Made by a program: the position numbers and the translations under genes. The notes below the pieces were generated by a model. The model made no database searches. It had not been told where the DNA came from and saw only the letters and a list, made by a program, of their open reading frames with translations. DNA of 48,209 nucleotides from an uncultured bacterium (GTDB lineage: Bacteria > Omnitrophota > Omnitrophia > Omnitrophales > Aquincolibacteriaceae). Of the stretch, positions 1 through 8,715 are shown in pieces (within the stretch, counting starts at the first letter, position 1; each line of letters starts with the position of its first letter). The DNA lies in assembly GCA_964524195.1 (NCBI GenBank), contig CAZGCC010000001.1:1-48209 (forward strand). Direction: 5' to 3'.

Positions 1-68
1 TTCGCGTTGAAGGCAAGGAATACGAGACCCAGGATGGCGATGTCATGCTTTTCCGGTTTAGCGTCTAA
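1..68 (+). CDS. ychF: 3' end of ribosome-binding ATPase YchF (partial, runs off the window start)
   Basis: Frame 3 reads RVEGKEYETQDGDVMLFRFSV then TAA. This matches the conserved YchF C-terminal tail (..EGKDY.V.DGDVM.F.FNV). Confidence 0.6.
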   Translation, partial: RVEGKEYETQDGDVMLFRFSV

Positions 69-153
69 CATCGGTGTCTGTCTGATTACAAAACCTGCCT
101 AGCCAGTCTCATTGTTCGGGTTTACGCTATCCATCTGCCAAGGGAGGCTCACC

Positions 154-705
154 ATGAAGAAGACCACATTACTTTTTTCGATACTAGTTCTTTTAGCAAG
201 CCCCTGCCAAGCCGCCAATTCGCTTACGGTTGTGAGGGTCATTGATGGCGATACCCTCCAGCTTTCGGACGGTCAGACGGTTTCTCTGATTGGCATCCAG
301 CCGTCCCAAGATCCTGAGCAGGGCAAGGAAGCAGTCGAATTTACCCGAAAGCTGGTCGAAGGTAAGCAGGTTAGGTTGGAGTATGATGTTAAGAAGCAGG
401 ATAACCCCATCGTCAAGAGAACATTAGCGTATGTGTTTATTGATACCAAGATACCAGAGGATGCTATGTTGAAGGGATGGCCGTGGGGATACCATGTGAA
501 GCATAAAGACCATCTTAGCGAATTTATAAATGCGGAAATTATTCTTGCCGGCTATGCCCAAGTCATGACCGTTCCGCCGAATGTGAAGTATCAGGAGTTG
601 TTCGTGAAGCTGGAGAAGGAAGCGAGAGAAAACAAAAATGGGTTTTGGAGCGGTTCGCAGACTGGAGGTGGTTACAAGTGGGTTGCTGCCGAGAAGGGAA
701 GCTGA
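154..705 (+). CDS. Secreted staphylococcal-nuclease (SNase/thermonuclease)-like nuclease
   Basis: GGGAGG Shine-Dalgarno before ATG 154. Signal peptide MKKTTLLFSILVLLASPCQA. Motifs VIDGDTL, LIGI, AYVF, NAEIILAGYAQV and EAREnKnGFW are typical of SNase-like nucleases. Confidence 0.8.
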   Translation: MKKTTLLFSILVLLASPCQAANSLTVVRVIDGDTLQLSDGQTVSLIGIQPSQDPEQGKEAVEFTRKLVEGKQVRLEYDVKKQDNPIVKRTLAYVFIDTKIPEDAMLKGWPWGYHVKHKDHLSEFINAEIILAGYAQVMTVPPNVKYQELFVKLEKEARENKNGFWSGSQTGGGYKWVAAEKGS

Positions 706-822
706 CAGGCAAAGGGAGAGAGATGAGGAACTGTTGGATGACGCTGAGCTTCCCGGACGGCGTGGTCTTTGGAGCGAGCTTCATTGACCAACCTTCCATA
801 ATCTGAAATAATACCGCCCGTT

Positions 823-1512
823 ATGAGAAATCCTTTCTACGCCATCTATCGCGATTTTAAAGCCTGCTTTGAGCGGGATCCGGCTGCCCGGACACCGTTC
901 GGCGCGCTTGAGGTTCTTTTTCTTTATTCCGGACTCCATGCCGTGCTTTTTTACAGGTTTGCGCATATTCTTTACACCCTGCGCATTCCTTTTACCCCAC
1001 GGCTCATTTCCCAGATCGCCAGGTTCCTGACCGGAGTCGAAATTCATCCCGGCGCAAAGATCGCTCCCGGATTTTTCATCGATCATGGCATGGGCGTTGT
1101 GATCGGAGAGACGACCGAGATCGGAGAAAATGTGACGATCTATCAGGGCGTGACGCTCGGCGGGACGGGGAAAGAACGCGGCAAACGGCATCCGACACTG
1201 GGGCATAATGTCGTGGTGGGGGTGGGAGCCAAAGTTCTCGGGAATATAAAAATAGGCGATCATGTAAAGATCGGCGGCGGCTCGGTCGTGATCCATTCCG
1301 TGCCGGACCATTGTACGGTGGTGGGGGTGCCGGCCGAGATCGTAAGGATCGACGGGAAAAAAGTTGAGGAAGTCGACCTTGAACACGGCGATCTTCCCGA
1401 TCCCGTGCGGGAGCTCAAGAACCGCGTTCGCGAACTTCAAAAAGAAGTCGAATCGCTCGAGGCCCATCATAAGGGCCAGGCGCTTAAGAACAAGCCCTCA
1501 AGCGGCGACTAG
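823..1512 (+). CDS. cysE: Serine O-acetyltransferase
   Basis: ERDPAAR, LHAV..YR.AH, GVEIHPGAKI, FIDHGMGVVIGETTEIGENVTIYQGVTLGG and the hexapeptide repeats are classic CysE. Confidence 0.9.
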   Translation: MRNPFYAIYRDFKACFERDPAARTPFGALEVLFLYSGLHAVLFYRFAHILYTLRIPFTPRLISQIARFLTGVEIHPGAKIAPGFFIDHGMGVVIGETTEIGENVTIYQGVTLGGTGKERGKRHPTLGHNVVVGVGAKVLGNIKIGDHVKIGGGSVVIHSVPDHCTVVGVPAEIVRIDGKKVEEVDLEHGDLPDPVRELKNRVRELQKEVESLEAHHKGQALKNKPSSGD

Positions 1513-1513
1513 T

Positions 1514-1936
1514 ATGAGCGCTTCTAAAAAAGGGAAAATCTATTCCGATGGCGGCGCGCGGGGGAATCCGGGGCCCGCGGCGGTCGGCGTGCTCGTTTGT
1601 GACGAAAAAGACAACAAGTTGACGGACCATGGCGAAACCATCGGCGAGACGACCAACAATGTCGCCGAATACACGGCGGTGGTTCGCGGTTTGACCTTGG
1701 CCGCGGAATTCGGGATCTCCGAAGCGGATTATTTCCTGGATAGCGAACTCGTGGCGCGGCAACTCTCCGGCATTTACAGGCTCAAGGCCGAGCATCTCAA
1801 GCCGTTCTTTATCCAGGTCAAGGGCCTTGAAAAAAAATTCAAACGAGTCACTTATTTTCATTTACCGCGCGAGCACCCCAAGATCAAGCATGTGGACCGG
1901 CTTGTGAATTTTGCGCTGGACCGGGCGGGTCACTAA
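1514..1936 (+). CDS. rnhA: RNase HI family protein (short type-1 RNase H)
   Basis: ATG one nt after the cysE stop. SDGGARGNPGPAAVGV, NNVAEYTAVVRGL and DSELVARQL match the RNase H DEDD core. Confidence 0.7.
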   Translation: MSASKKGKIYSDGGARGNPGPAAVGVLVCDEKDNKLTDHGETIGETTNNVAEYTAVVRGLTLAAEFGISEADYFLDSELVARQLSGIYRLKAEHLKPFFIQVKGLEKKFKRVTYFHLPREHPKIKHVDRLVNFALDRAGH

Positions 1937-1949
1937 GAAGAGGCGAAAA

Positions 1950-2303
1950 ATGGCAACAGCGTTTATCGGGATTTTAGGTGGTTTTCTCGGAGGTCTTTTC
2001 GGGGTCGGCGGCGGGACGATCTTTGTGCCGCTCCTAATGCTTCTCAAAGGGTTCGATATCCATCGCGCGATCGGTACTTCACTCTTGATCATCATCTTTA
2101 CAGCTCTTTCCGGGGCTGTTTTTCACGGAAAATCCGGGATGGTCGACTGGAAAGCCGCTGTTATTTTGGGGGCTTTCAGCATTCTCGGCGTTTGGCTCGG
2201 CACCAAGCTATCTCTCAAGCTCGAAGCGGTCGTGCTTCAGCGGGCTTTCGCCATTTTTCTGGTTTTGATCGCGGTCAAAATCTTTTTTTTCAAGCAATCC
2301 TAA
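1950..2303 (+). CDS. Half-size (4-helix) TSUP/TauE-SafE family membrane protein
   Basis: GGFLGGLFGVGGGTIFVPLL is the TauE/DUF81 signature. Four hydrophobic helices in 117 aa. Confidence 0.6.
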   Translation: MATAFIGILGGFLGGLFGVGGGTIFVPLLMLLKGFDIHRAIGTSLLIIIFTALSGAVFHGKSGMVDWKAAVILGAFSILGVWLGTKLSLKLEAVVLQRAFAIFLVLIAVKIFFFKQS

Positions 2304-2322
2304 AATATTCAAGGAGGGGACG

Positions 2323-3846
2323 ATGAAAGTTTCACTGGCAGGCTTGACGAAGTCGGCGCCGAAAGCCGATCTTTTTGTGGCGGGTTATTTTAAGGGAGAA
2401 AAGAATCTGAAAGCTCTCAAGAGGATCGATCCCGCATTCGCGAAAGCGGCAGAAGAAGCCATTTCCAAGAAGCGTTTTGAAGGAAAAGCCGGAGAAGTTT
2501 TTAGCTCGTATCAAACGGGTTATCGCCAAGCTCCGGAGATGCTTCTTTTGGGGCTGGGCGAGAAAAAAGATCTTAAAGCCGCCTCGCTTAGAAAGGCAGT
2601 CGGGACTTTGATAGGGGTGGCTAAAGCCAGAAAAGCCTCGAAGGTCCGCGTGCTTCTGAATTCCTTTCTGACAGAAGGCGTTTCTTCAAAAGAAGCTGCG
2701 GCGATCTTTGCGGAGACCTCCTTCTTAGCAGCCTATCGCTTCACGCAATATAAGACACAAAAAAAAGATGAATCACCAAAAGCTCCGGAAGCTGTGGAGC
2801 TTGCCTCTGAAGCCAAAGAAGATTTCTCATCCATGCGCGCGGCGATGGCGCGCTCCGAGAAGATCGCCAAAGCGGTTCTTTTAGCGCGGGACCTGAATAA
2901 TGAGCCGGGGAATGTCATGAATCCGCCGCGCCTTGTGGTCGAAGCCAAGAAACTCGCGGCCGAGAAAAAACTGACGCTCAAAGTGCTCGGGCTTGCGGAG
3001 CTTCAAAAACTTGGGATGAACGGGATTCTGGCCGTGAATCAGGGAAGCGTAACGCCTCCTGCCCTGATCATTATGGAGCACGGAAAAGAGCACAAAGAAA
3101 AAGGCACGATCTGTCTTGTTGGAAAAGGCGTGACTTTCGACACAGGTGGCATTTCCATCAAGCCGTCCAAAGGGATGGAAGAAATGAAATACGACAAGTC
3201 CGGCGCGATAGCAGTAGTCGCGACCATGGGGCTTGTGTCCGACCTGAAGCTGCCCCTCCACATTGTGGGGCTTGCGCCTACCGTGGAAAATAATGTCGCC
3301 AACGATCCTCAGAGACCCGGCGATATCATCCGGATGTATAACGGAAAAACCGTGGAGGTTATGAACACCGATGCCGAAGGCCGCCTCATCCTTGCGGACG
3401 CGTTATCGTATTGCGCCGAGTATAAGCCGGTGGCGATCATCGATGCCGCGACGCTGACGGGAATGTGTCACCATACCTTCGGGGACAAGACCTGCGGGAT
3501 CCTGGGAACGGACCAGAAGCTTGTCGACGCGATCCAGAAAGCCGGCGAAAAGGTCGGCGAGCGCTGCTGGCAGCTTCCTTTGTGGGAGGAATACGGCGAA
3601 TGCATCAAGTCACATCACTCCGACCTTCAAAACACAGGGGACGGCTATGCGGGGACGATCACGGCTACCATGTTCCTCAAGGAATTTGTGCCCGCCAAGA
3701 CGCCCTGGGTTCATCTGGACATTGCCGGAACGGCGTACTGCAGCAAGGATCGCTTCGATTGTCCCAAAGGAGCGAACGGGTTCGGAGTGCGGCTTTTTGC
3801 CGAGGTTCTTTCGAATTGGAGCCCGGAGAGTTTTTCCGGAAAATAG
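2323..3846 (+). CDS. pepA: Leucyl aminopeptidase (M17)
   Basis: GGAGGGG Shine-Dalgarno. VGKGVTFDTGGISIKP and NTDAEGRLILADAL are M17 signatures. Confidence 0.9.
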   Translation: MKVSLAGLTKSAPKADLFVAGYFKGEKNLKALKRIDPAFAKAAEEAISKKRFEGKAGEVFSSYQTGYRQAPEMLLLGLGEKKDLKAASLRKAVGTLIGVAKARKASKVRVLLNSFLTEGVSSKEAAAIFAETSFLAAYRFTQYKTQKKDESPKAPEAVELASEAKEDFSSMRAAMARSEKIAKAVLLARDLNNEPGNVMNPPRLVVEAKKLAAEKKLTLKVLGLAELQKLGMNGILAVNQGSVTPPALIIMEHGKEHKEKGTICLVGKGVTFDTGGISIKPSKGMEEMKYDKSGAIAVVATMGLVSDLKLPLHIVGLAPTVENNVANDPQRPGDIIRMYNGKTVEVMNTDAEGRLILADALSYCAEYKPVAIIDAATLTGMCHHTFGDKTCGILGTDQKLVDAIQKAGEKVGERCWQLPLWEEYGECIKSHHSDLQNTGDGYAGTITATMFLKEFVPAKTPWVHLDIAGTAYCSKDRFDCPKGANGFGVRLFAEVLSNWSPESFSGK

Positions 3847-3921
3847 CAGGGAAGTAAAGATTTCTCGTGGAAAGCCGTTAGATAGAGGGCAGGGAAACGG
3901 CCAATTTTAAGGAGAGAAACC

Positions 3922-4359
3922 ATGAGAAAAACCCTTTCTTGTTTAATTGCTTTTTTAATGATCTTCGCCTCAGCGTCTTCGTCCGCTTTCGCGGCGGGAG
4001 GCAAAGAATTCGGCGCCTCGCTGCTCTTGCCGACGACCGGTCAAGCGATGAACGGCGAGATCGGAGCCACCAAGACCAAGATCATGGCAGGCATTGAAGT
4101 CGCCGCCGTGACCACAACGATCCTTCTCGCGACCTTAACGAGCGGGGGTTTGTTCTGGGTCGGCCTCGGTCCCTTGATCGCGAATCACGCATGGAGCGCC
4201 ACCGATGCCTTCAAGACGGCGCGGAGCGGCAACAACAATGACCCTTATGTTCAACAACAACTTTCTTCAGCCCAGCGGACCCTGGACATGTCCCGTCAGA
4301 ACCGCTTTGACAGGGAATCCGATATTCGCCAGAGGATCCTCAACGCTAGCGCGCAATAA
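3922..4359 (+). CDS. Hypothetical secreted/membrane protein
   Basis: AAGGAGAG Shine-Dalgarno, signal peptide ending SSAFA|AG, one central hydrophobic stretch, followed by a terminator. No family recognised. Confidence 0.5.
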   Translation: MRKTLSCLIAFLMIFASASSSAFAAGGKEFGASLLLPTTGQAMNGEIGATKTKIMAGIEVAAVTTTILLATLTSGGLFWVGLGPLIANHAWSATDAFKTARSGNNNDPYVQQQLSSAQRTLDMSRQNRFDRESDIRQRILNASAQ

Positions 4360-4398
4360 AAACAAGATCCCGCTCTTTGATTTTTTGATATTGCAAAA

Positions 4399-4427
4399 GG
4401 CCTGGTCCTTGGGATCAGGCCTTTTTT
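4399..4427 (+). terminator. Rho-independent terminator
   Basis: GGCCTGGTCC / GGATCAGGCC stem (one G-U pair) followed by TTTTTT. Confidence 0.7.
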
Positions 4428-4471
4428 CTACACCGCTCTCCGCTTAAGAGAGTGCAGCGCCAAAGGAATTC

Positions 4472-5764
4472 ATGAAAGATCATCAAAGACGGCTTATTCT
4501 CTCCCAACTTCGCATGACGGCTGAGGTTTGGCAAGGGGTCGAGAAAGATCTGCTGCCCGCTGACCGCTGGCTTGCCCGTTATTTTTACCAGAACCGAAAA
4601 AAAGTCGGCTCACGCGACCGGAAATTTATTTCCGAAACGATCTTTGCGGCCTTTCGTAATAAAAGTTTTCTGGAGGCATGGGTTGAAAAAGCAAAGCCCC
4701 GGCCTCTTTTGAGCGAGGCTGAAAAAGGTGAGCTGCTGTGCCTTTTTGCCGCCGCGAAGGAGGGGCTTGTTCCCAAAGAAGATTTTCGCGAATTCTTCAA
4801 TCAAAGCGAAAAGACTTATGCGGCTTTGCGTGAGCATTTGCTTCCTGAAGGAGAGGGGCCGAAATCCAAAGAAGAAATGATGGCCCTTCTTTATTCTTTC
4901 CCTCTGTGGCTTGTCCGGCACTGGGTGGAGGCCTTCGGCGTGAAAGAGACCGAGAACCTGCTCGGATTTTTCCAGCAGAGGCCGCTTCTTGTGCTTCGAG
5001 CTAACACGCTCAAGATCAGCCGTAAAAAGCTTGTCGATATGTTCCGCCGGATGGGCGTGGAGGCTAATTCCACGACCCGTTCTTACTACGGTCTTATTCT
5101 TCAGGAACGCCGCAATGTGTTCGATACGCCAGCTTTCCGGGACGGATGGTTTGAAGTCCAGGATGAGGGAAGTCAAATGGTCTGTCAAAAGATGGATCCT
5201 CAGCCCGGAGAGAGCGTTTGGGATGTTTGCGCCGGCGGCGGCGGGAAGAGCCTTCTCTTAGCGGCGATCATGGAGAACAAGGGGCGGGTTGTGGCGACGG
5301 ATCTTCGTAACTATAAACTTGAGGAATTGAAAAAAAGGGCCAAGCGCGCTGGAGTTTTTAATGTTTTTCCAGCCGAACTGGATCGCATGGCTGAGCTCCG
5401 GATCGCGCAAAAGGGATTTGACCGGATCCTGGTGGACGCGCCGTGCTCCGGGACCGGGACTTTGGGCCGGAACCCGGACGCAAAATGGAAGCTGAACCCC
5501 TCTTGGTTCGAAGCTCTTCCCAAAGAACAGCTTTCGATCCTCGAAAAAGCTTTGCCATATCTCGCGAAAAACGGCAGACTGTATTACGCGACTTGTTCGG
5601 TGGAGGCTGCGGAGAACGAGCGGGTGGCGGAGGCTTTTCTTGCGGCGCATCCGGAGCTTGAGGCTGTTCCATGCGGGGAAGAGGGCGAAAAATTTTTCAA
5701 ACTTTGGCCTCCCGAGAGCGGGACGGATGGTTTTTTCCTTGCGACTTTCCAAAAAAAGCGATAA
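4472..5764 (+). CDS. RsmB/NOL1-NOP2-Sun family RNA m5C methyltransferase
   Basis: VQDEGSQ, DVCAGGGGKS, LVDAPCSGTGTLGRNPD and YATCS motifs. Confidence 0.8.
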   Translation: MKDHQRRLILSQLRMTAEVWQGVEKDLLPADRWLARYFYQNRKKVGSRDRKFISETIFAAFRNKSFLEAWVEKAKPRPLLSEAEKGELLCLFAAAKEGLVPKEDFREFFNQSEKTYAALREHLLPEGEGPKSKEEMMALLYSFPLWLVRHWVEAFGVKETENLLGFFQQRPLLVLRANTLKISRKKLVDMFRRMGVEANSTTRSYYGLILQERRNVFDTPAFRDGWFEVQDEGSQMVCQKMDPQPGESVWDVCAGGGGKSLLLAAIMENKGRVVATDLRNYKLEELKKRAKRAGVFNVFPAELDRMAELRIAQKGFDRILVDAPCSGTGTLGRNPDAKWKLNPSWFEALPKEQLSILEKALPYLAKNGRLYYATCSVEAAENERVAEAFLAAHPELEAVPCGEEGEKFFKLWPPESGTDGFFLATFQKKR

Positions 5765-5787
5765 AGCCTAACGGTGGAGAATAAGCT

Positions 5788-6153
5788 ATGAATAAAATGA
5801 CGGCATGGATCCTTCTAGGGTTTTTATTTCTTGGGACACCCCCTCTTTTTGCGGAGGAGACGGCGGAAAAGAAAAGCGGCCTAGCGCAGGTCGGGGCCAT
5901 TGAAAAACGCGGGTTCGTGAATTTTGCCACAACCCTTGGCGAATTCGGGACGACCTTGCAAAGAGAAAAAAGGGACCACCCTAAGGCTTGGCCTTTAACC
6001 TATGTTCCTCGGACATTCATGAACATGGCGATCAGAGTCTCCTCAAGCGTGAACGATATCGCCGTGCTTCCCTGGTATGCGGCTGCGGCGGATGATGATA
6101 CGCCTCTTACCCGGCACTTCGAGCTTCCGGACTATGTCTGGGAAAAAGAATAA
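5788..6153 (+). CDS. Small secreted protein, TIGR04073-like paralog 1
   Basis: Signal peptide. KRGFVNFATTLGEF and a C-terminal RVSSSVNDIAVLPWY block, shared with the ORFs at 7660-8181 and 10015-10347. Confidence 0.5.
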   Translation: MNKMTAWILLGFLFLGTPPLFAEETAEKKSGLAQVGAIEKRGFVNFATTLGEFGTTLQREKRDHPKAWPLTYVPRTFMNMAIRVSSSVNDIAVLPWYAAAADDDTPLTRHFELPDYVWEKE

Positions 6154-6188
6154 TCACGATTCGCGCCTCTTAGAATAGCCTTTTCCCG

Positions 6189-6926
6189 ATGCAAAAAAAC
6201 AACATCGCGATCATTCTCGTTGCTCCCGAAAACCCCGACAACATTGGCGCTGTAGCCCGGGCCGTTAAAAATATGGGGTTTTCGGATCTTCGCCTGGTAA
6301 TGCCCCCTCATGGGTGGCGGACAAAAAGCAAAAAGATGGCCGTGTCTGCGGCGAATATTCTAGCAGAAGCGCGGACATTCCCATCGATTCAAAAGGCCGT
6401 CGAGGATCTGGGGTTTGTGATCGGGACCACACGGCGCTCAGGAAGTCACCGCGGAGCTTTCCTTTCTTTCGATGCTGGCATCTCTAAGGTTCGCCGGAGT
6501 TCGTTACGGCAAAAAACGGGGATCGTTTTTGGCCGTGAGTCCAAAGGTTTAGCTAACGAAGAAAGCTCTCTTTGCGATCATTTGGTGACGATCCCCACGG
6601 GATCCGCCTATCCCTCTTTGAACCTTGCGCAAGCCGTGATGGTTCTGCTTTTTGCTCTTTCGTGGGATCGCCATGAGGGTTCCGTGGCTGTTCCCGAAAG
6701 GGCTTTGAATAAAAAAGAGATCGAGATCACGATCGGTCATTTTGAAGAAGCCCTGAAGGTTCTGGGCTACAAAAGCGGAGGAGCGGATCTTTTGCCGCGC
6801 ATTCTTAAGACTTTCCGCGGGTTGATCAAGCGTAGCGGCCTTTTGGAGGCCGAGGCTCAGATGGTCAAGGGATTATCGCGAAAGATCCGAGAGAAAATGA
6901 ACGCATCCCGCCAGGAGAACCGTTGA
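6189..6926 (+). CDS. trmJ: SpoU/TrmH class RNA 2'-O-methyltransferase, TrmJ-like
   Basis: ILV.PENPDNIGAVARAVKNMGF..L.LV, FG.ES.GL and IP....YPSLNLAQAV match TrmJ/LasT. Confidence 0.75.
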   Translation: MQKNNIAIILVAPENPDNIGAVARAVKNMGFSDLRLVMPPHGWRTKSKKMAVSAANILAEARTFPSIQKAVEDLGFVIGTTRRSGSHRGAFLSFDAGISKVRRSSLRQKTGIVFGRESKGLANEESSLCDHLVTIPTGSAYPSLNLAQAVMVLLFALSWDRHEGSVAVPERALNKKEIEITIGHFEEALKVLGYKSGGADLLPRILKTFRGLIKRSGLLEAEAQMVKGLSRKIREKMNASRQENR

Positions 6927-7034
6927 TGATGCTGGTTTCTCCGGAGACCTGAAGGGGGTATAATCACGGCAGAGGCTTTCCCCAGGAGCTCTTTTTAATT
7001 CTTTATTGAACAACCGAAAAGGAGTTATAAGAAC

Positions 7035-7580
7035 ATGGACGAGCAAACTCTGAAACAAGAATTACTCAAGCTGATCCAGGAAAAAGCTGTGGTGCGAGGA
7101 GAACGCAAGCTTGCTTCCGGAAAGATCTCGCAGTACTACATCGACGGCAAACAAGTCTCGTTGGACGCTCAAGGCCTGTTCCTCGCGGCGAAACTGATCC
7201 TTCACATGGCTCAGGCGGTTGGAGCGGACGCGGTGGGCGGTCCAACGCTTGGCGCGGATCCTCTTGCGGCAGCTGTATCCGTGCTAAGCTCCCAAAGCGG
7301 AAAACCCCTCAAGGCGTTCATCGTCCGTAAGGAAGCTAAAGATCACGGAATGCAGAAGATGATAGAAGGTCCTGCTTTAGCGCCCGGCGACAAGGTGGTT
7401 ATGCTGGAAGATGTGATCACGACCGGAGGATCGGTCCTGAAAGCCATTAAAGAAGTGGAGGCTTTGGGAGCGAAGGTGGTCAAGACGATCTGTCTTGTGG
7501 ATCGCAACGAAGGCGCCCTGGAGACACTTGCCAGCTATCATTACTCTCCGATCTTTACGCTTCGCGATCTCGGACTATAA
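7035..7580 (+). CDS. pyrE: Orotate phosphoribosyltransferase
   Basis: LASGKISQYYIDGK and the PRPP-binding loop VVMLEDVITTGGS. AAGGAG Shine-Dalgarno. Confidence 0.9.
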   Translation: MDEQTLKQELLKLIQEKAVVRGERKLASGKISQYYIDGKQVSLDAQGLFLAAKLILHMAQAVGADAVGGPTLGADPLAAAVSVLSSQSGKPLKAFIVRKEAKDHGMQKMIEGPALAPGDKVVMLEDVITTGGSVLKAIKEVEALGAKVVKTICLVDRNEGALETLASYHYSPIFTLRDLGL

Positions 7581-7613
7581 CGATCCATATCAGCACCTTT
7601 TTAGACAAAAAAA

Positions 7614-7645
7614 AGCGCCCCGTCACTGACGGAGCGCTTTTTTTA
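7614..7645. terminator. Bidirectional rho-independent terminator between convergent genes
   Basis: A-tract, AGCGCCCCGTC / GACGGAGCGCT stem (one mismatch), then TTTTTTT. Confidence 0.7.
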
Positions 7646-7659
7646 TTCCAAAAACGATC

Positions 7660-8181
7660 TTATTTCTTCACATAGTCGTATGCGTTATGTTTCTTGGCGA
7701 CATGTTTTTTAGCGGGAGCCGCCTGTGTTTCGGTGACTGTCACAAGAGGTTCTTGCGAAACGACCGGCATTACAGGCTGCTGATAAACCACAGTATCCTG
7801 TTCGATCACGACAACTTCAGAGGATTCTTCTAAACAATTGTCATAGGATTTTGCAACAGGGAAACCGTTGAATCCCGGGACCCAGAAAAGGGCGACATCC
7901 ACGATACCGGAACTTGCGCGAAGCGCTGTGCACCCAAGACCGCCCGCCATGCCAGTAAGCGTTCCGATAAAGGGAGTTTCAGTTTTTGTTCGGTTGACGG
8001 TCTGGACCACGATATCCACGGGGCTTGTAGCAACATTGAGAAGCCCGCGACCCAACATTCCGCCAACCTTCTCTTTATAGACATCCGATTGCGCCATTTC
8101 CCAAGTATCCTTCGCGAAACTGACCGGGATCAACAAAAAAGCGCAGACCAGAAGAGCCAATAAAATCTTCATTCCCTTCAT
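7660..8181 (-). CDS. Small secreted protein, TIGR04073-like paralog 2 (longer C-terminal tail)
   Basis: GGGAGG Shine-Dalgarno before ATG 8181. Signal peptide. MLGRGLLNVATSPVDI and RASSGIVDVALFWVP blocks. Confidence 0.5.
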   Translation of the reverse strand: MKGMKILLALLVCAFLLIPVSFAKDTWEMAQSDVYKEKVGGMLGRGLLNVATSPVDIVVQTVNRTKTETPFIGTLTGMAGGLGCTALRASSGIVDVALFWVPGFNGFPVAKSYDNCLEESSEVVVIEQDTVVYQQPVMPVVSQEPLVTVTETQAAPAKKHVAKKHNAYDYVKK

Positions 8182-8469
8182 GAGCAACCTCCCTTTTTTC
8201 TGAAATTTTTAAAATAGCCAAAAGGCCTCAAAACACCAGACCCAAACTGAACAGGCATAGATACTACAATGAATAAAAATAACAAGCAATAATATTTTAT
8301 TTAGGGGAGCTCATTTTTATAAGCGTATTCAGGGCAAAGGGTTACAAAAAATCATAAAAAGCGTAAAAACTAGCAACTATTGACAATTTATAGTATGTAG
8401 TGTAGGTTGTGTTGTAGTATATAGCTATAGATAGCTCAAAAATAGCAATACTAAACAAGGAGATTTGAT

Positions 8470-8691
8470 ATGGAGCAACCGAAAGAACAGAGTCAGGAAT
8501 ACCAGTACCCAAGACGCGAACGCAGCCAGATCATGACGCCCAAAGAAGCGGCGAAATATCTTGGTTTCCATCTCGTGACGGTCTATCGCTTGCTGAAGAA
8601 GGGCGAAGTTCCGGCAACGAAGATCGGCGGGCAGTGGCGCTTTAAGAAGGATGTCTTGGATGCTTGGCTGAATGACCGGATGAGCCAGTAA
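8470..8691 (+). CDS. Excisionase-family (MerR-like HTH_17) DNA-binding protein
   Basis: AAGGAG Shine-Dalgarno. MTPKEAAKYLGFHLVTVYRLLKKGEVPATKIGGQWRFKKDVLDAWL is the canonical helix-turn-helix excisionase-type domain. Confidence 0.7.
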   Translation: MEQPKEQSQEYQYPRRERSQIMTPKEAAKYLGFHLVTVYRLLKKGEVPATKIGGQWRFKKDVLDAWLNDRMSQ

Positions 8692-8715
8692 CGGCTGGAC
8701 GGCCGGGACCCAGGT

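Noticed and set aside
85-137. Single ATTACA and TTTACG hexamers upstream of the secreted nuclease as a Pho box
   Set aside because: The hexamers are isolated, without an in-phase partner. The implied -10 would fall on the ribosome-binding site.
781-1470. 229-aa minus-strand ORF opposite cysE
   Set aside because: It is a shadow ORF fully antisense to a gene with unmistakable CysE motifs. Its composition is Arg/Pro/His-rich and it has no family resemblance.
8470-8691. The excisionase-type HTH as a marker of a prophage or integrative element
   Set aside because: No integrase, recombinase, att-like direct repeats or phage genes are nearby. The flanking genes are housekeeping (pyrE, mutY).
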